From assembly GCF_001017655.1 (NCBI RefSeq), contig NZ_CP010904.1:30001-62000 (forward strand): DNA of 32,000 bases. The letters run 5' to 3'. Both the position numbers and the translations under genes were made by a program. Of this stretch, positions 15,765-24,348 are shown piece by piece. This DNA is from Kiritimatiella glycovorans. Its GTDB lineage: Bacteria; Verrucomicrobiota; Kiritimatiellia; Kiritimatiellales; Kiritimatiellaceae. Positions within the stretch are counted from its first letter, which is position 1, and every line of letters starts with the position of its first letter. The notes under the pieces are model-generated. The model did no database searches. It saw nothing but the letters and a program-made list of their open reading frames with translations, and was not told the DNA's origin.

Positions 15765-16955
15765 TTGGAGTATAGATTACTTAAGTGTTTCGCGCCGTGT
15801 ATATTATCTTTCTTGATGGCTTGTCCTGTCGTTGGTGACGAAGCTCGCCGGGAAATCCCCGGCGAGCTGAGTTTTTCGGCCGGTTCGGTGTACAGCCGGT
15901 ACGGTCGCGGGGGAGGGTCGGCGGACGAGCATGGAATCGGATGGATCTACGGGGCGGCGGGGTATGAAACGCCGGCCTGGCGTGGATTCCGGGCCGGGGC
16001 GTCGGGCGTGGTGCTGCAGCCGCTCTTTGAAGACACGTCGCTGAGCGGGGCATACAATGATGTGATGGAGCGCAACTACGGATTGAGCGCGTTATACCTC
16101 GAGTACTCCATCCCGCGCTCGCGTTCCATGGTTCTTTCGGGCTGGAGCCCGTTTAAGAAAGTGGAGGCGATGGACGGCGATGTCTACGAGGGGGTGCAGT
16201 TCACCTCGCGCGACATCCCCGGAGTGGAGATTACGTTCGAGGCCATCGACCGCTGGCAGGACAATCTTTCGATGTCGATGGACGCGGACGGGGTCGATGC
16301 CGACCGCCGCAATCCCGCTGAAGATGTTCGCGGTGCGGACCACTGGGTATACGCGATAATCGTGGAGGCGGGCCAGCCCGGGACCACCGGGTTGTGGCGG
16401 CCGTTCTGCATCTTTCAGCGCGACGCCTATTACACCGCCGGGGCTGAGGCGCAGTACCTCGCGCCGCTGCGCGGGGAATGGTCGCTGCAGCTCGACGGGA
16501 TCGCCGCGGTGTACGGTGAGCAGACCCCCGACCGCGTTTCGTCCACGGACGAGGATGCGTATTCCTGGCTGCTCCACGCTTCGCTGGTCCACGAAGTCAC
16601 CGCCTTCGGCATCGGGTACTACACCATGAGTGAAGACGAGCGGATGGACGCAAAGGCCGTGGGCACCTATCCGTTTGACCCCATGGAGATCGGGCCCGAG
16701 GGGGGCGCGCCGGGAGACCGGACGTGGTACGCCGATGCGGGGGTGACCCTGGGGCCGGCCGAGGTTCTGTTCATGTACGGACTTACGGAGATCACGAGTT
16801 CCGGGGCCCGTTACAGCGAGTTTGACGCCTACGTCGACGTGGAGTGCACGGAGGAGGCCTCGCTGGAGGCTTACTGGGCGGTGGCCGACGTGCATCGGGG
16901 CCTCGGATACGACAGCCGGACCGAGACCGGTCTCCGGTTCAGTTACGCCTTTTGA
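15765..16955 (+). CDS. Putative outer-membrane beta-barrel / porin-like protein
   Basis: TTG start as in the track. Signal-like LLKCFAPCILSFLMACPVVG. Gly/Tyr/aromatic-rich strand-like sequence ends LRFSYAF. No specific family recognised. Confidence 0.55.
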   Translation: MEYRLLKCFAPCILSFLMACPVVGDEARREIPGELSFSAGSVYSRYGRGGGSADEHGIGWIYGAAGYETPAWRGFRAGASGVVLQPLFEDTSLSGAYNDVMERNYGLSALYLEYSIPRSRSMVLSGWSPFKKVEAMDGDVYEGVQFTSRDIPGVEITFEAIDRWQDNLSMSMDADGVDADRRNPAEDVRGADHWVYAIIVEAGQPGTTGLWRPFCIFQRDAYYTAGAEAQYLAPLRGEWSLQLDGIAAVYGEQTPDRVSSTDEDAYSWLLHASLVHEVTAFGIGYYTMSEDERMDAKAVGTYPFDPMEIGPEGGAPGDRTWYADAGVTLGPAEVLFMYGLTEITSSGARYSEFDAYVDVECTEEASLEAYWAVADVHRGLGYDSRTETGLRFSYAF

Positions 16956-16976
16956 GCCCGGGGTGCCGGAATCGGC

Positions 16977-17552
16977 TCAGCGCAGTGCCCTGACGAGTTC
17001 CGCCACCCGTTTCCCCAGGGCGGCAAAGGTGCGCGTCGCCTCCTCGTCCTGCTCCAGGTCACCGGGGGCGGCGCCGAAGCCCACGGGCCAGTAGAGGCTG
17101 CCCGCCCGGGTCATGTCGAGGGGGCCGAAGCTCATCTCGATCTCGGCGACGGTGAAGTTCTGTCCGGCGCGGCGGGCGACGGCGACGCCGGCGCCGATCA
17201 TCCCCCGCATGGGGTTCGGGTCCATGCCGCGTGCGACATACCCCGTGCGCTGGAGGAATGCGAACGTTTCTGCGGACGCAGAACCGAAGTAGACGGGGCT
17301 TCCGATCACGAGGGCGTCGGACTCGTACACGCGCGGCAGAATATCGTTCAGCCCGTCTCTGCGGCCCGGGCAGGTGCCGTCGGCTGTTTTGCGGCAGGCG
17401 CCGCACGCCGTGCAGCCGCGGATGTCATAATCGCGCAGGGCGATCAGTTCCGTGTCGAGTCCGCTTTCGGCGGCGCTTTTGAGCACCATGTTCAGGGCCG
17501 TTTTCGTATTGCTCGGGTTGCGGGGGGATCCGCAGATCGCGGTAACTTTCAT
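16977..17552 (-). CDS. Iron-sulfur flavoprotein-like NAD(P)H-dependent FMN reductase / flavodoxin-fold protein
   Basis: MKVTAICGSPRNPSNT flavodoxin-like N-terminus from in-frame ATG 17552. Compact Cys motif CTACGACRKTADGTC (CX2CX2CX7C), as in Isf-type proteins. LVIGSPVYFGS also present. Confidence 0.78.
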   Translation of the reverse strand: MKVTAICGSPRNPSNTKTALNMVLKSAAESGLDTELIALRDYDIRGCTACGACRKTADGTCPGRRDGLNDILPRVYESDALVIGSPVYFGSASAETFAFLQRTGYVARGMDPNPMRGMIGAGVAVARRAGQNFTVAEIEMSFGPLDMTRAGSLYWPVGFGAAPGDLEQDEEATRTFAALGKRVAELVRALR

Positions 17553-17553
17553 T

Positions 17554-18069
17554 TCAGACCTTTTTCTCCAGCATGTAGTCGTCCATGACAAACCCGCGGC
17601 CGATTTTCTTCACCCGCTTGCCGTAGACGTTGAATCCCATTTTGCGGTAGGCGGCGATGGCGCCGCGGTTGTTGCGGTTGACCCCGAGTCGCAGCCGCTG
17701 GAGGCTCCACTCCCGCGCCCGTTCCGCGAGGAAATCCACCATGTGTCGTCCCCCGCCGCGTCCGCGGCAGTCCTTCCTGACGTAGAGCTTACTCACCCAG
17801 AGCGTCCTGCGGGGAATCTCCGGATCGCCGGCGCAATATCCCGCGGGTTCGTCGTCCACCTGCCACAGGTAATAGCGGCATCCGTCTGCACACTGTCCCC
17901 GGATGGCCGCCATGCTCTGCAGATAGTCGAGCATATACTCGACCTGCGCGGCACCGATGATGGGGGTGTAATGCTCCGTCCAGATTTCCCGCGCCAGCGC
18001 CGCCACCGTCCGCATGTCCGCTGCGGTTTTCACGGCGGAAATGCGGCCCTCTGTGTGCGGGACGCTCAT
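17554..18069 (-). CDS. GNAT-family N-acetyltransferase
   Basis: The acetyl-CoA-binding region is VRKDCRGRGGGRHMVDFL (R-x-x-G-x-G), with NRGAIAAYRKMGF further on. Its stop lies 1 nt before the start of the next gene. Confidence 0.85.
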   Translation of the reverse strand: MSVPHTEGRISAVKTAADMRTVAALAREIWTEHYTPIIGAAQVEYMLDYLQSMAAIRGQCADGCRYYLWQVDDEPAGYCAGDPEIPRRTLWVSKLYVRKDCRGRGGGRHMVDFLAERAREWSLQRLRLGVNRNNRGAIAAYRKMGFNVYGKRVKKIGRGFVMDDYMLEKKV

Positions 18070-18081
18070 AACGGCTCCGGG

Positions 18082-18429
18082 TTACGATTCGCAGGCCTCC
18101 AGGGCATGCAGGACTTTAGGCAGATACGTAAACGCGGGACCGCCCTGCATCATCACGGCGGTCTGGGCGGCTTCCATGATTTCTTCGCGGCTTGCGCCGG
18201 CTTTGAGGCAGTCCCTCGTATGGAGGTAGATGCAGGGTTCGCAGCGAACCGCCACCCCGATCGCCAGCGCGATCAACTCCTTCTGCTTCTCCGAAAGCGC
18301 GCCTTCCGTCATCAGGGCCTTGTGCAGCTGCCCCATGGCGCCCATGGCTTCGGAGGAGGACTCCTTCAGCGCCCCCATATCCTTCTTATAGTCCTGATAG
18401 AATTTCTTCACCTCTTCACTCGACATCAC
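18082..18429 (-). CDS. Carboxymuconolactone decarboxylase-family (AhpD-like) protein
   Basis: SEKQKELIALAIGVAVRCEPCIYLHTRDCLKAGASREEI has the AhpD-fold CxxC motif, in 115 aa. Confidence 0.85.
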   Translation of the reverse strand: MMSSEEVKKFYQDYKKDMGALKESSSEAMGAMGQLHKALMTEGALSEKQKELIALAIGVAVRCEPCIYLHTRDCLKAGASREEIMEAAQTAVMMQGGPAFTYLPKVLHALEACES

Positions 18430-18543
18430 CGGGCTCCCTTTCTTCCAGGTGTTGCAAAAACAGTTGCGGACATACGCAATAAACTCGACGCAATTTTATC
18501 ATGCATGGACCCGAAATCAAGAACCGCCCGAAGGAAATCAGCA

Positions 18544-18677
18544 GTTCTCATTATGGCCGCATTCCGACCGCGGACGGCGTGGCAGCCGTCCCTCCCGAGT
18601 CGATATCCGACGCATTTTCGGGCACTGGGAGGGTCGGGTGCCACCCCGACCGAAAAGGGTGAAGCCATAATGAGAAT
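18544..18677. other. 134-nt multi-hairpin element closed by a 13-bp perfect inverted repeat (structured RNA or tiny MITE)
   Basis: TTCTCATTATGGC (18545-18557) pairs with GCCATAATGAGAA (18664-18676). Inside are the hairpins GGACGGC-gtggca-GCCGTCC (18572-18591) and GGTCGGG-tgccac-CCCGACC (18632-18651), plus CTCCC...GGGAG (18592-18596 / 18627-18631). Confidence 0.5.
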
Positions 18678-18690
18678 CGCTGGATGGAAA

Positions 18691-18740
18691 TTGACAGATG
18701 TCGATCGGGCAGATATAAACATCGTTATATAACAATATAT
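18691..18740 (+). promoter_or_regulatory. Sigma70-type promoter with overlapping AT palindromes (candidate ArsR operator) upstream of arsR-like gene
   Basis: TTGACA (18691-18696), a 17-nt spacer, then TATAAA (18714-18719). Palindromes ATATAA-n6-TTATAT (18713-18730) and ATATA-acaa-TATAT (18727-18740) overlap the -10 and the start region. Confidence 0.5.
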
Positions 18741-18770
18741 GAATGTCGCGGACAGAACGGGAGTGTGAGC

Positions 18771-19085
18771 ATGGAAGAGGAGAAACGGGATGCGGCCGCG
18801 GAGGTGCTGAAAGCCCTTGCACACCCCGTTCGACTGGGGGTCGTCGAGCTGCTCGGGGAGGGTGAAAAAACGGTGACGGAACTCTACTCCGCGCTCGAAT
18901 GCAGCCAGCCCCTGATGTCGCATCAGCTGTCCGTGCTTCGGAACCGGGGGCTGATCGAGATTCGCAGGGAGGGCAGTCTCAAGTACTGCTCGTTGCGCGA
19001 CCGCAGGATCCTGCGGCTTTTTGAATGCCTTAACAGTCATCTCGAGGAAATAACCGAACCGAAGGAAAGGAAGGGTGCACGATGA
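18771..19085 (+). CDS. ArsR/SmtB-family transcriptional regulator
   Basis: LKALAHPVRLGVVELL...TVTELYSALECSQPLMSHQLSVLRNRGLI is a winged-HTH of the ArsR family. Cys at positions 44, 73 and 86. Start at in-frame ATG 18771. Confidence 0.85.
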   Translation: MEEEKRDAAAEVLKALAHPVRLGVVELLGEGEKTVTELYSALECSQPLMSHQLSVLRNRGLIEIRREGSLKYCSLRDRRILRLFECLNSHLEEITEPKERKGAR

Positions 19086-20782
19086 GCGAGGGACGACGCA
19101 TCGTAGTGATAGGGGGGTCCGCCGCGGGTCCGAAAGCAGCCGCCCGGGCGCGGCGGGTCGATCAGCATGCCCGGGTGACGATCATCCAGAGGGAACCGGA
19201 TCTTTCGATGGCCTCCTGCGGCTACCCGTATTACGTGGGGGGCTTTTTCGAGGACCGCAACAAGCTGCTGTGCACGCCGACCGGCGTGGTGCGCGATCCC
19301 GTGTTCTTCATGAACACGAAGGGGATCGAGGCGCGCACGAAAACGGAGGCGGTCTCCATTGATCGCGACCGCCGGGTGGTCCGCTGCCGCGACCTCGAGA
19401 GCGGCGAGGAAGACGAGGTCCCGTACGACAAACTGGTCATCGCCACGGGCGCCTCGCCGGTGATGCCGCCCGTTCCGGGGACGGATCTTGAGGGGATCAC
19501 CACGCTTCAGTCGATGCGGGACGCGGACCTGCTCCGCCGGATCCGCGACGAGCGCAAAATCAAAAATGCCGTGGTCGTGGGCGGCGGCCTGATCGGCGTC
19601 GAAACCTGTGAGGCGCTGGAGCTGGCGGGCATCCACATCACCGTCGTGGAAATGCTGCCGCAGATCCTGATGTTCCTGGACTGGGAACTCGCCAAGCTGC
19701 TTGAAAACCACATGAAAGCCAAGGGCGCCCACGTCATCACGGAAAATCCCGTTTCGGCTTTTCTGGGCGAAGAAGGGAAACTCACGGGCGTGAAGCTCGC
19801 CAACGGGACGGAGCTGCCCTGCGAACTCGCTGTGGTGGCCGCCGGCGTGCGCCCGAACGTCGGGCTCGCGGGAGATGCGGGTCTCGACGTGGGCTCCGCC
19901 GCGGGCGGCATCGTCGTGAACGGGGAAATGCAGACCAGCGACCCCGACATTTACGCGGCCGGCGATTGCGTCGAAATCCCCAATCTGCTCACCGGCAGGA
20001 GTGTTCACGCTCCCTACGGCGACCTCGCCAACCTCCAGGGGCGTGTGGTGGGGACCAACGCGGCGGGGGACGAACACGACACGTTTCCCGGCACCATCCA
20101 GACCGGCGTGTGCAAGGTGTTCGATTACGCGGCGGGGGCCACGGGGCTCTCGGAACGCAGCGCGCGCGAAGAGGGATTCGATGTGGAGACCGTGGTTCAC
20201 GCCGAACCCGACAAGCCCGGATTCATGGGCGCGAAGCTGATCGTGATGAAAATGGTGGCGGAGAAGGGGTCGGGACGCCTCCTCGGGGTGCAGTGCATCG
20301 GTCCGGGCGACGTAAGCAAGCGCATCGCGATCGGCGCCATGGCCCTGCACGGGAAGTTGACCGTCGACGACCTCACCGTGGCCGATCTTCCCTATGCTCC
20401 GCCCTTCTCGCCGGCCGTGGATAACATCATCGCCTGCGCCCAGACCCTGCAGAACAAGATGGCCGGGCGTCTGCGGGGCATCCCCGCCCGCGAGGTGAAG
20501 GGGCGCGTCGACGCCGGCGAAGACCTGTTCATTCTCGATGTGCGCGGGGCGGATGAATATGAGCAGATGCGCCTCGGCATCGGAGAGGTTCTCGTGCCGC
20601 TCGGAGCGCTCAGAAAGCGTCTGGACGAATTGCCGCAGGACAGGGCGAAGGAAATCATCTGCTACTGCAAGATCTCGCTGCGCGGCTACGAGGCCGCCCG
20701 CCTGCTCGAGGCCCACGGCTGGACGGACGTGAAGGTGATGGAGGGCGGGATTATGGCCTGGCCTTTCGCGCGCGAAAAATGA
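19082..20782 (+). CDS. CoA-disulfide reductase / NADH oxidase-type flavoprotein fused to a C-terminal rhodanese domain
   Basis: IVVIGGSAAGPKAA FAD motif, single redox Cys in SMASCGYPYY, and a second dinucleotide motif VVVGGGLIGVE. The C-terminal rhodanese active-site loop is CYCKISLRG. The start overlaps the arsR stop (ATGA). Confidence 0.85.
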   Translation: MSEGRRIVVIGGSAAGPKAAARARRVDQHARVTIIQREPDLSMASCGYPYYVGGFFEDRNKLLCTPTGVVRDPVFFMNTKGIEARTKTEAVSIDRDRRVVRCRDLESGEEDEVPYDKLVIATGASPVMPPVPGTDLEGITTLQSMRDADLLRRIRDERKIKNAVVVGGGLIGVETCEALELAGIHITVVEMLPQILMFLDWELAKLLENHMKAKGAHVITENPVSAFLGEEGKLTGVKLANGTELPCELAVVAAGVRPNVGLAGDAGLDVGSAAGGIVVNGEMQTSDPDIYAAGDCVEIPNLLTGRSVHAPYGDLANLQGRVVGTNAAGDEHDTFPGTIQTGVCKVFDYAAGATGLSERSAREEGFDVETVVHAEPDKPGFMGAKLIVMKMVAEKGSGRLLGVQCIGPGDVSKRIAIGAMALHGKLTVDDLTVADLPYAPPFSPAVDNIIACAQTLQNKMAGRLRGIPAREVKGRVDAGEDLFILDVRGADEYEQMRLGIGEVLVPLGALRKRLDELPQDRAKEIICYCKISLRGYEAARLLEAHGWTDVKVMEGGIMAWPFAREK

Positions 20783-20803
20783 CGCCGCGGAGCGGACACG
20801 TCC

Positions 20804-21238
20804 TTAAAGTTGACGTGCGACCAAACTGTTGTAGCTCTCACGACAGCGGGCTCTGCGGCGACGATAATACACCGTGAAAACCCCGATGGCCGCCAGCCCT
20901 ATCGTTGCAGGCTCCGGGATCGCGACAAACGGCTCTGACCCCACATTCTCAGCGGATGCCACATAAATCGTATCCTCGCTCCAGTTGTCCGGCTCAAGAC
21001 TGAGACGCAGCCAGTCCCAGTTTCCGCTTGCCGCGGCCTGAACGGCGTTTGATACATCAATGTACTGCCATCCGCTCTGAGTCGAATCCACGCGCGTAAT
21101 AAAAGTCCCTCCGGTATCCCCGTATTCGAGCGTACCGTTACCTTGGGCATAATAAAGGGAGAAACCGCTTCCATCCGCATCCGACCCCGCCTGTGTGAGA
21201 TAGAGATTGAGCGTTCCGGCCAGGTTTTCGTTTGAGGG
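20804..21238 (-). pseudogene. N-terminally truncated PEP-CTERM protein gene
   Basis: The frame is open from 21238, just after an in-frame TGA at 21239-21241, down to the stop at 20804. It encodes PSNENLAGTLNLYLTQAGSDADGSGFSLYYAQGNGTLEYGDTGGTFITRVDSTQSGWQYIDV...IPEPATIGLAAIGVFTVYYRRRRAR. There is no ATG and no signal peptide; the only in-frame start is an internal GTG at 21091. Confidence 0.6.
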
Positions 21239-21241
21239 TCA

Positions 21242-21532
21242 GCCCGCACATTGCGTCATTTTTCCCTTGGATCTGCAGGATTTTTAGTGGGCGGCAATCT
21301 TCACGGATCAGAAGGGCTTCGGCTTAAGATCCTTGCCGGATACATTGTGACGGCTTCGAAATACGCACACTCCAGTTCTTTGAGATGCTTGTCCATATCT
21401 TCACCCACCAGGCCGGTCAGTAATCGCTGCACCCGTCCATTGAATATCATCTTATCGATGTGCACACCGTAACTGGAGACGAAGGTGAGGCTGCTGCATG
21501 AGGGGTTTCTTTTGCCGCGAAGGAGCGAAGGC
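21242..21532. other. AT-richer non-native-looking segment between truncated PEP-CTERM gene and tRNA 3' end
   Basis: Visibly lower GC than flanks. The minus strand carries only a short ORF remnant (...SSYGVHIDKMIFNGRVQRLLTGLVGEDMDKHLKELECAYFEAVTMYPARILSRSPSDP*). It abuts the 3' end of tRNA(CAU). Confidence 0.4.
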
Positions 21533-21609
21533 TGGTGGCTGAGGAGGGACTTGAACCCCCGACACGTGGATTATGATTCCACTGCTCTGACCACCTGAGC
21601 TACTCAGCC
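21533..21609 (-). tRNA. tRNA with CAU anticodon (elongator Met or lysidine-modified Ile2; not initiator)
   Basis: Reverse complement GGCTGAGTAGCTCAGGTGGTCAGAGCAGTGGAATCATAATCCACGTGTCGGGGGTTCAAGTCCCTCCTCAGCCACCA. Acceptor GGCTGAG/CTCAGCC with a paired 1-72, anticodon stem GTGGA/TCCAC with loop ATCATAA, and encoded CCA. Confidence 0.85.
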
Positions 21610-21746
21610 TCGAAAATACGGGAGCGGGAATATATTCCCAAAACGCACGGCAACTCAAGATCAATTTCGGGGATGAAGAAGAACGACGCGCGCGATGCGG
21701 GGTGTGCGGAGTCGAGGGCGAAATCGATATTCACCGGGGATCTTGC

Positions 21747-22622
21747 ATGACCTGCGGGCGGAGCCCATGGCATGCTGAACCCGTGAACGAACTGGAACAT
21801 AAACTCAAACAACGGCTCGCAGAACTCGCCCCCGTCCTCGTCGCGTTCAGCGGCGGAGTGGACAGCACGTGGCTGGCCCGGGCGGCCCGCCACGCGCCCG
21901 GCGGAGACGGGATGCTCGCGGTCACGGTCGACCTGCCGATGATGCCGCGGCGCGAAGTGGAGGACGCCCGCGAGCTGGCGGAACACCTCGATCTCCCCTA
22001 TGAACAGGTCGACATGGAAGGTCTGCTTCAGCTGCCCGCGTTTACGGTTCATCCTCCGGGGCGGTGCTACTACTGCAAACGCGCCATCTTTGAACGTCTC
22101 AATACCGTGGCGCGCGAGCGGGGATTGGCGACAGTGGTGGAGGGATCGACCTGCGACGACCGCCCGGAAGACCGGCCCGGCCTGCGCGCGCTTCGCGAAC
22201 TCCATGTGCTCAGCCCGCTCGAAGAGACGGGGTTTACCAAGCAGGACGTCCGCGAGGCATCACGACGACACGGGCTGCCGACGGCGGATAAGCCCGCCTC
22301 CCCCTGCCTCGCGACGCGGGTTCCCTTCGGCGAAGCGGTCACGCCCGGGCGTCTGCGGCGTATCGAGGCCGCGGAAACGGCCGTGCGCGAGTGCGGCTTC
22401 CGTGAACTCCGCGTCCGCGACGAATGGCCGACGGCCCGCGTGGAGATCGAGCTTCCCGCGGACGAGGTGCAGGCGCGCCGGGCCCTCTGCGCGCAGATCG
22501 AGGCCCGCCTTCGCGCCCTCGGCTACCGGGAGGTGAAGTTTGACGCACGCGGCGTACGCAGCGGGCGCTACGCCGATCAGGCCCGCGACGGCGAGGACGG
22601 CCATGAACCTGATCCTGATTGA
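21747..22622 (+). CDS. larE: PP-loop ATP pyrophosphatase, LarE-like (TIGR00268-type) sulfur transferase
   Basis: PP-loop LVAFSGGVDSTWL, GRCYYCKR (CxxC) and ASPCLATRVPFGE. The start is uncertain: ATG 21747 or GTG 21783 within track ORF 21702..22622. Confidence 0.7.
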   Translation: MTCGRSPWHAEPVNELEHKLKQRLAELAPVLVAFSGGVDSTWLARAARHAPGGDGMLAVTVDLPMMPRREVEDARELAEHLDLPYEQVDMEGLLQLPAFTVHPPGRCYYCKRAIFERLNTVARERGLATVVEGSTCDDRPEDRPGLRALRELHVLSPLEETGFTKQDVREASRRHGLPTADKPASPCLATRVPFGEAVTPGRLRRIEAAETAVRECGFRELRVRDEWPTARVEIELPADEVQARRALCAQIEARLRALGYREVKFDARGVRSGRYADQARDGEDGHEPDPD

Positions 22623-23349
22623 ACCCGGTGAGATCGACCCCGAAGGGCGCGCGCAACTCAAAGACGCCCGGGCCGTCCACATCCGGAAGGTGCTCGGGGC
22701 GCGGGCGGGACAACGCCTCCGGATCGGACTGATCGACGGCCCGCGCGGAATCGGGACGGTGGAGCGCGCAGAAGAATCGGGCGTGGTTCTCTCGTGCAGC
22801 GTTGAAATCGCGCGCCCGCCCCGTCCGCCGGTCGACCTGCTCCTCGCCCTCCCGCGGCCTAAAATCCTCAAGCGCCTGCTCGCCCAGCTCGCCGCCGTCG
22901 GTGTGGGGCGGATCATGCTCACCAACGCCGAAAAAGTAGAGCGCTACTACTTTGACAGCCATGTGCTCGACGCGGCGTTCATACGCGCAAGACTCGTGGA
23001 AGGCCTCCAGCAGGCGGGCGACACCCGCGTACCGGACGTCTTCATACGCAGGGAGCTGAAGCCGTTTCTCGAAGATGAACTCGATGCGCTCGAACCGGAA
23101 TCGGTCCGCCTGCTCGCCCATCCGCGCGCGGGCCGCCCCCCGGAGGACGCACTGCGCGCCGCCGACCCCCGCGGCGAGCGCCGCGTGCTGGCCGCACTGG
23201 GCCCCGAGGGCGGATGGACCGACTACGAACTCGACATGATCGGACAGCATTCATTTATTCCGGTGACCATGGGACCGCGCACCCTGCGGTCCGACACCGC
23301 TGCCATCGCGTTGCACGCAAGGATAAGGGGCCGTATGAGGGAGGCGTGA
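22603..23349 (+). CDS. rsmE: 16S rRNA (uracil1498-N3)-methyltransferase
   Basis: Starts MNLILIEPGEI at in-frame ATG 22603. LLLALPRPKILKRLLAQLAAVGV and LGPEGGWTDYELD...MGPRTLRSDTAAIAL form the typical RsmE C-terminal knot region. Overlaps the larE-like gene by 20 nt. Confidence 0.85.
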   Translation: MNLILIEPGEIDPEGRAQLKDARAVHIRKVLGARAGQRLRIGLIDGPRGIGTVERAEESGVVLSCSVEIARPPRPPVDLLLALPRPKILKRLLAQLAAVGVGRIMLTNAEKVERYYFDSHVLDAAFIRARLVEGLQQAGDTRVPDVFIRRELKPFLEDELDALEPESVRLLAHPRAGRPPEDALRAADPRGERRVLAALGPEGGWTDYELDMIGQHSFIPVTMGPRTLRSDTAAIALHARIRGRMREA

Positions 23350-23425
23350 GATGAGGGCGAGACCTGTGCAGGAGGAGCTGACAGGCGCGTGCTCCGCCTT
23401 CAGGTTTTCCAGCTCGACAGGGGGG

Positions 23426-23454
23426 TTGACAAATCCCCGCAGTTTTCGTAAGTT
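23426..23454 (+). promoter_or_regulatory. Sigma70-type promoter upstream of PEP-CTERM gene
   Basis: TTGACA (23426-23431), a 17-nt spacer, then TAAGTT (23449-23454). An AAAGGGAGG ribosome-binding site precedes ATG 23488. Confidence 0.45.
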
Positions 23455-23487
23455 GTTAAGCGAAAAGGGGAAAAAGGGAGGTGCGCC

Positions 23488-24348
23488 ATGAAGCGACGCC
23501 AACATATAGTATACATGATAATCGCGCTCACCATTACTTGTGGTTTCGCCGCAAGTTCGGGTGCTGCCTACGTGATGGGGGTGGACGAGGATAACGAACG
23601 CCTCGACCTGTTCAACACGGACGACAACTCCATCACGCCGATCGGATTCGGGTTGCCGGATGAGATTGAGAGTCTGGCATACGCGGGGGGGCCGACCTAT
23701 TACGGTTTCCAGTCCTACAATGCCTCCCTGCAGAGCCAGCTCTACAAGTTCGATGTGGACGTGGGGCTCTCGGGGTTTTCCTCGACGCCGGTGGGCGGAC
23801 CGCTCGACATCTCCAACATCGATTCGGCGGCCTATGTGGACGGCAAGCTGTACACGGTCAATAACGTCTCCCGGAAGCTCTACCGCGTGGAGACCGACGG
23901 GTCCGGTTTTACCGAGGTCATGGATCTCAGTTCGGAAGGCATTCATTCCAAGGTGGAGGGCATGACCCTCGATCCGTCTTCCGGCAAGCTCTACCTGATG
24001 GATTCGGCCTCGGGCGGGGTGATCTATACGATCGACGGTCTGGATACCACGCCGGTACTCGCCGAGCTGGGTGACACCGGGTTCCAGAACGTGGAAGGTC
24101 TCGCCTTTGCCGAGGACGGGAATCTGTACGGGATCGCGGACGCCTACGGGGGGAACACGGAGCTTTTCGTGATCAGTCTCGCGGACGGGAGCGGCACTTC
24201 GCTTTTCGACGGCTGGGGCAGCGACATCGAAGGTCTCGCCTCGTTCAGCAGCTACCTTATCCCTGAACCGGCGAGTGCGATCGCCTTTCTAACCGTCGTG
24301 GTGGTCGGCATCGGAGCGGCGCGGCGCCCCCGCAGGGCCTGCGCCTAG
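23488..24348 (+). CDS. PEP-CTERM sorting-domain protein with propeller-like repeats
   Basis: Signal-like N-terminus MIIALTITCGFAASSGAA. Repeated GKLY/GNLY blade-like motifs (KLYTVNN, KLYRVETDGSG, GKLYLMDSASG, GNLYGIAD). C-terminal IPEPASAIAFLTVVVVGIGAARRPRR. Confidence 0.8.
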   Translation: MKRRQHIVYMIIALTITCGFAASSGAAYVMGVDEDNERLDLFNTDDNSITPIGFGLPDEIESLAYAGGPTYYGFQSYNASLQSQLYKFDVDVGLSGFSSTPVGGPLDISNIDSAAYVDGKLYTVNNVSRKLYRVETDGSGFTEVMDLSSEGIHSKVEGMTLDPSSGKLYLMDSASGGVIYTIDGLDTTPVLAELGDTGFQNVEGLAFAEDGNLYGIADAYGGNTELFVISLADGSGTSLFDGWGSDIEGLASFSSYLIPEPASAIAFLTVVVVGIGAARRPRRACA

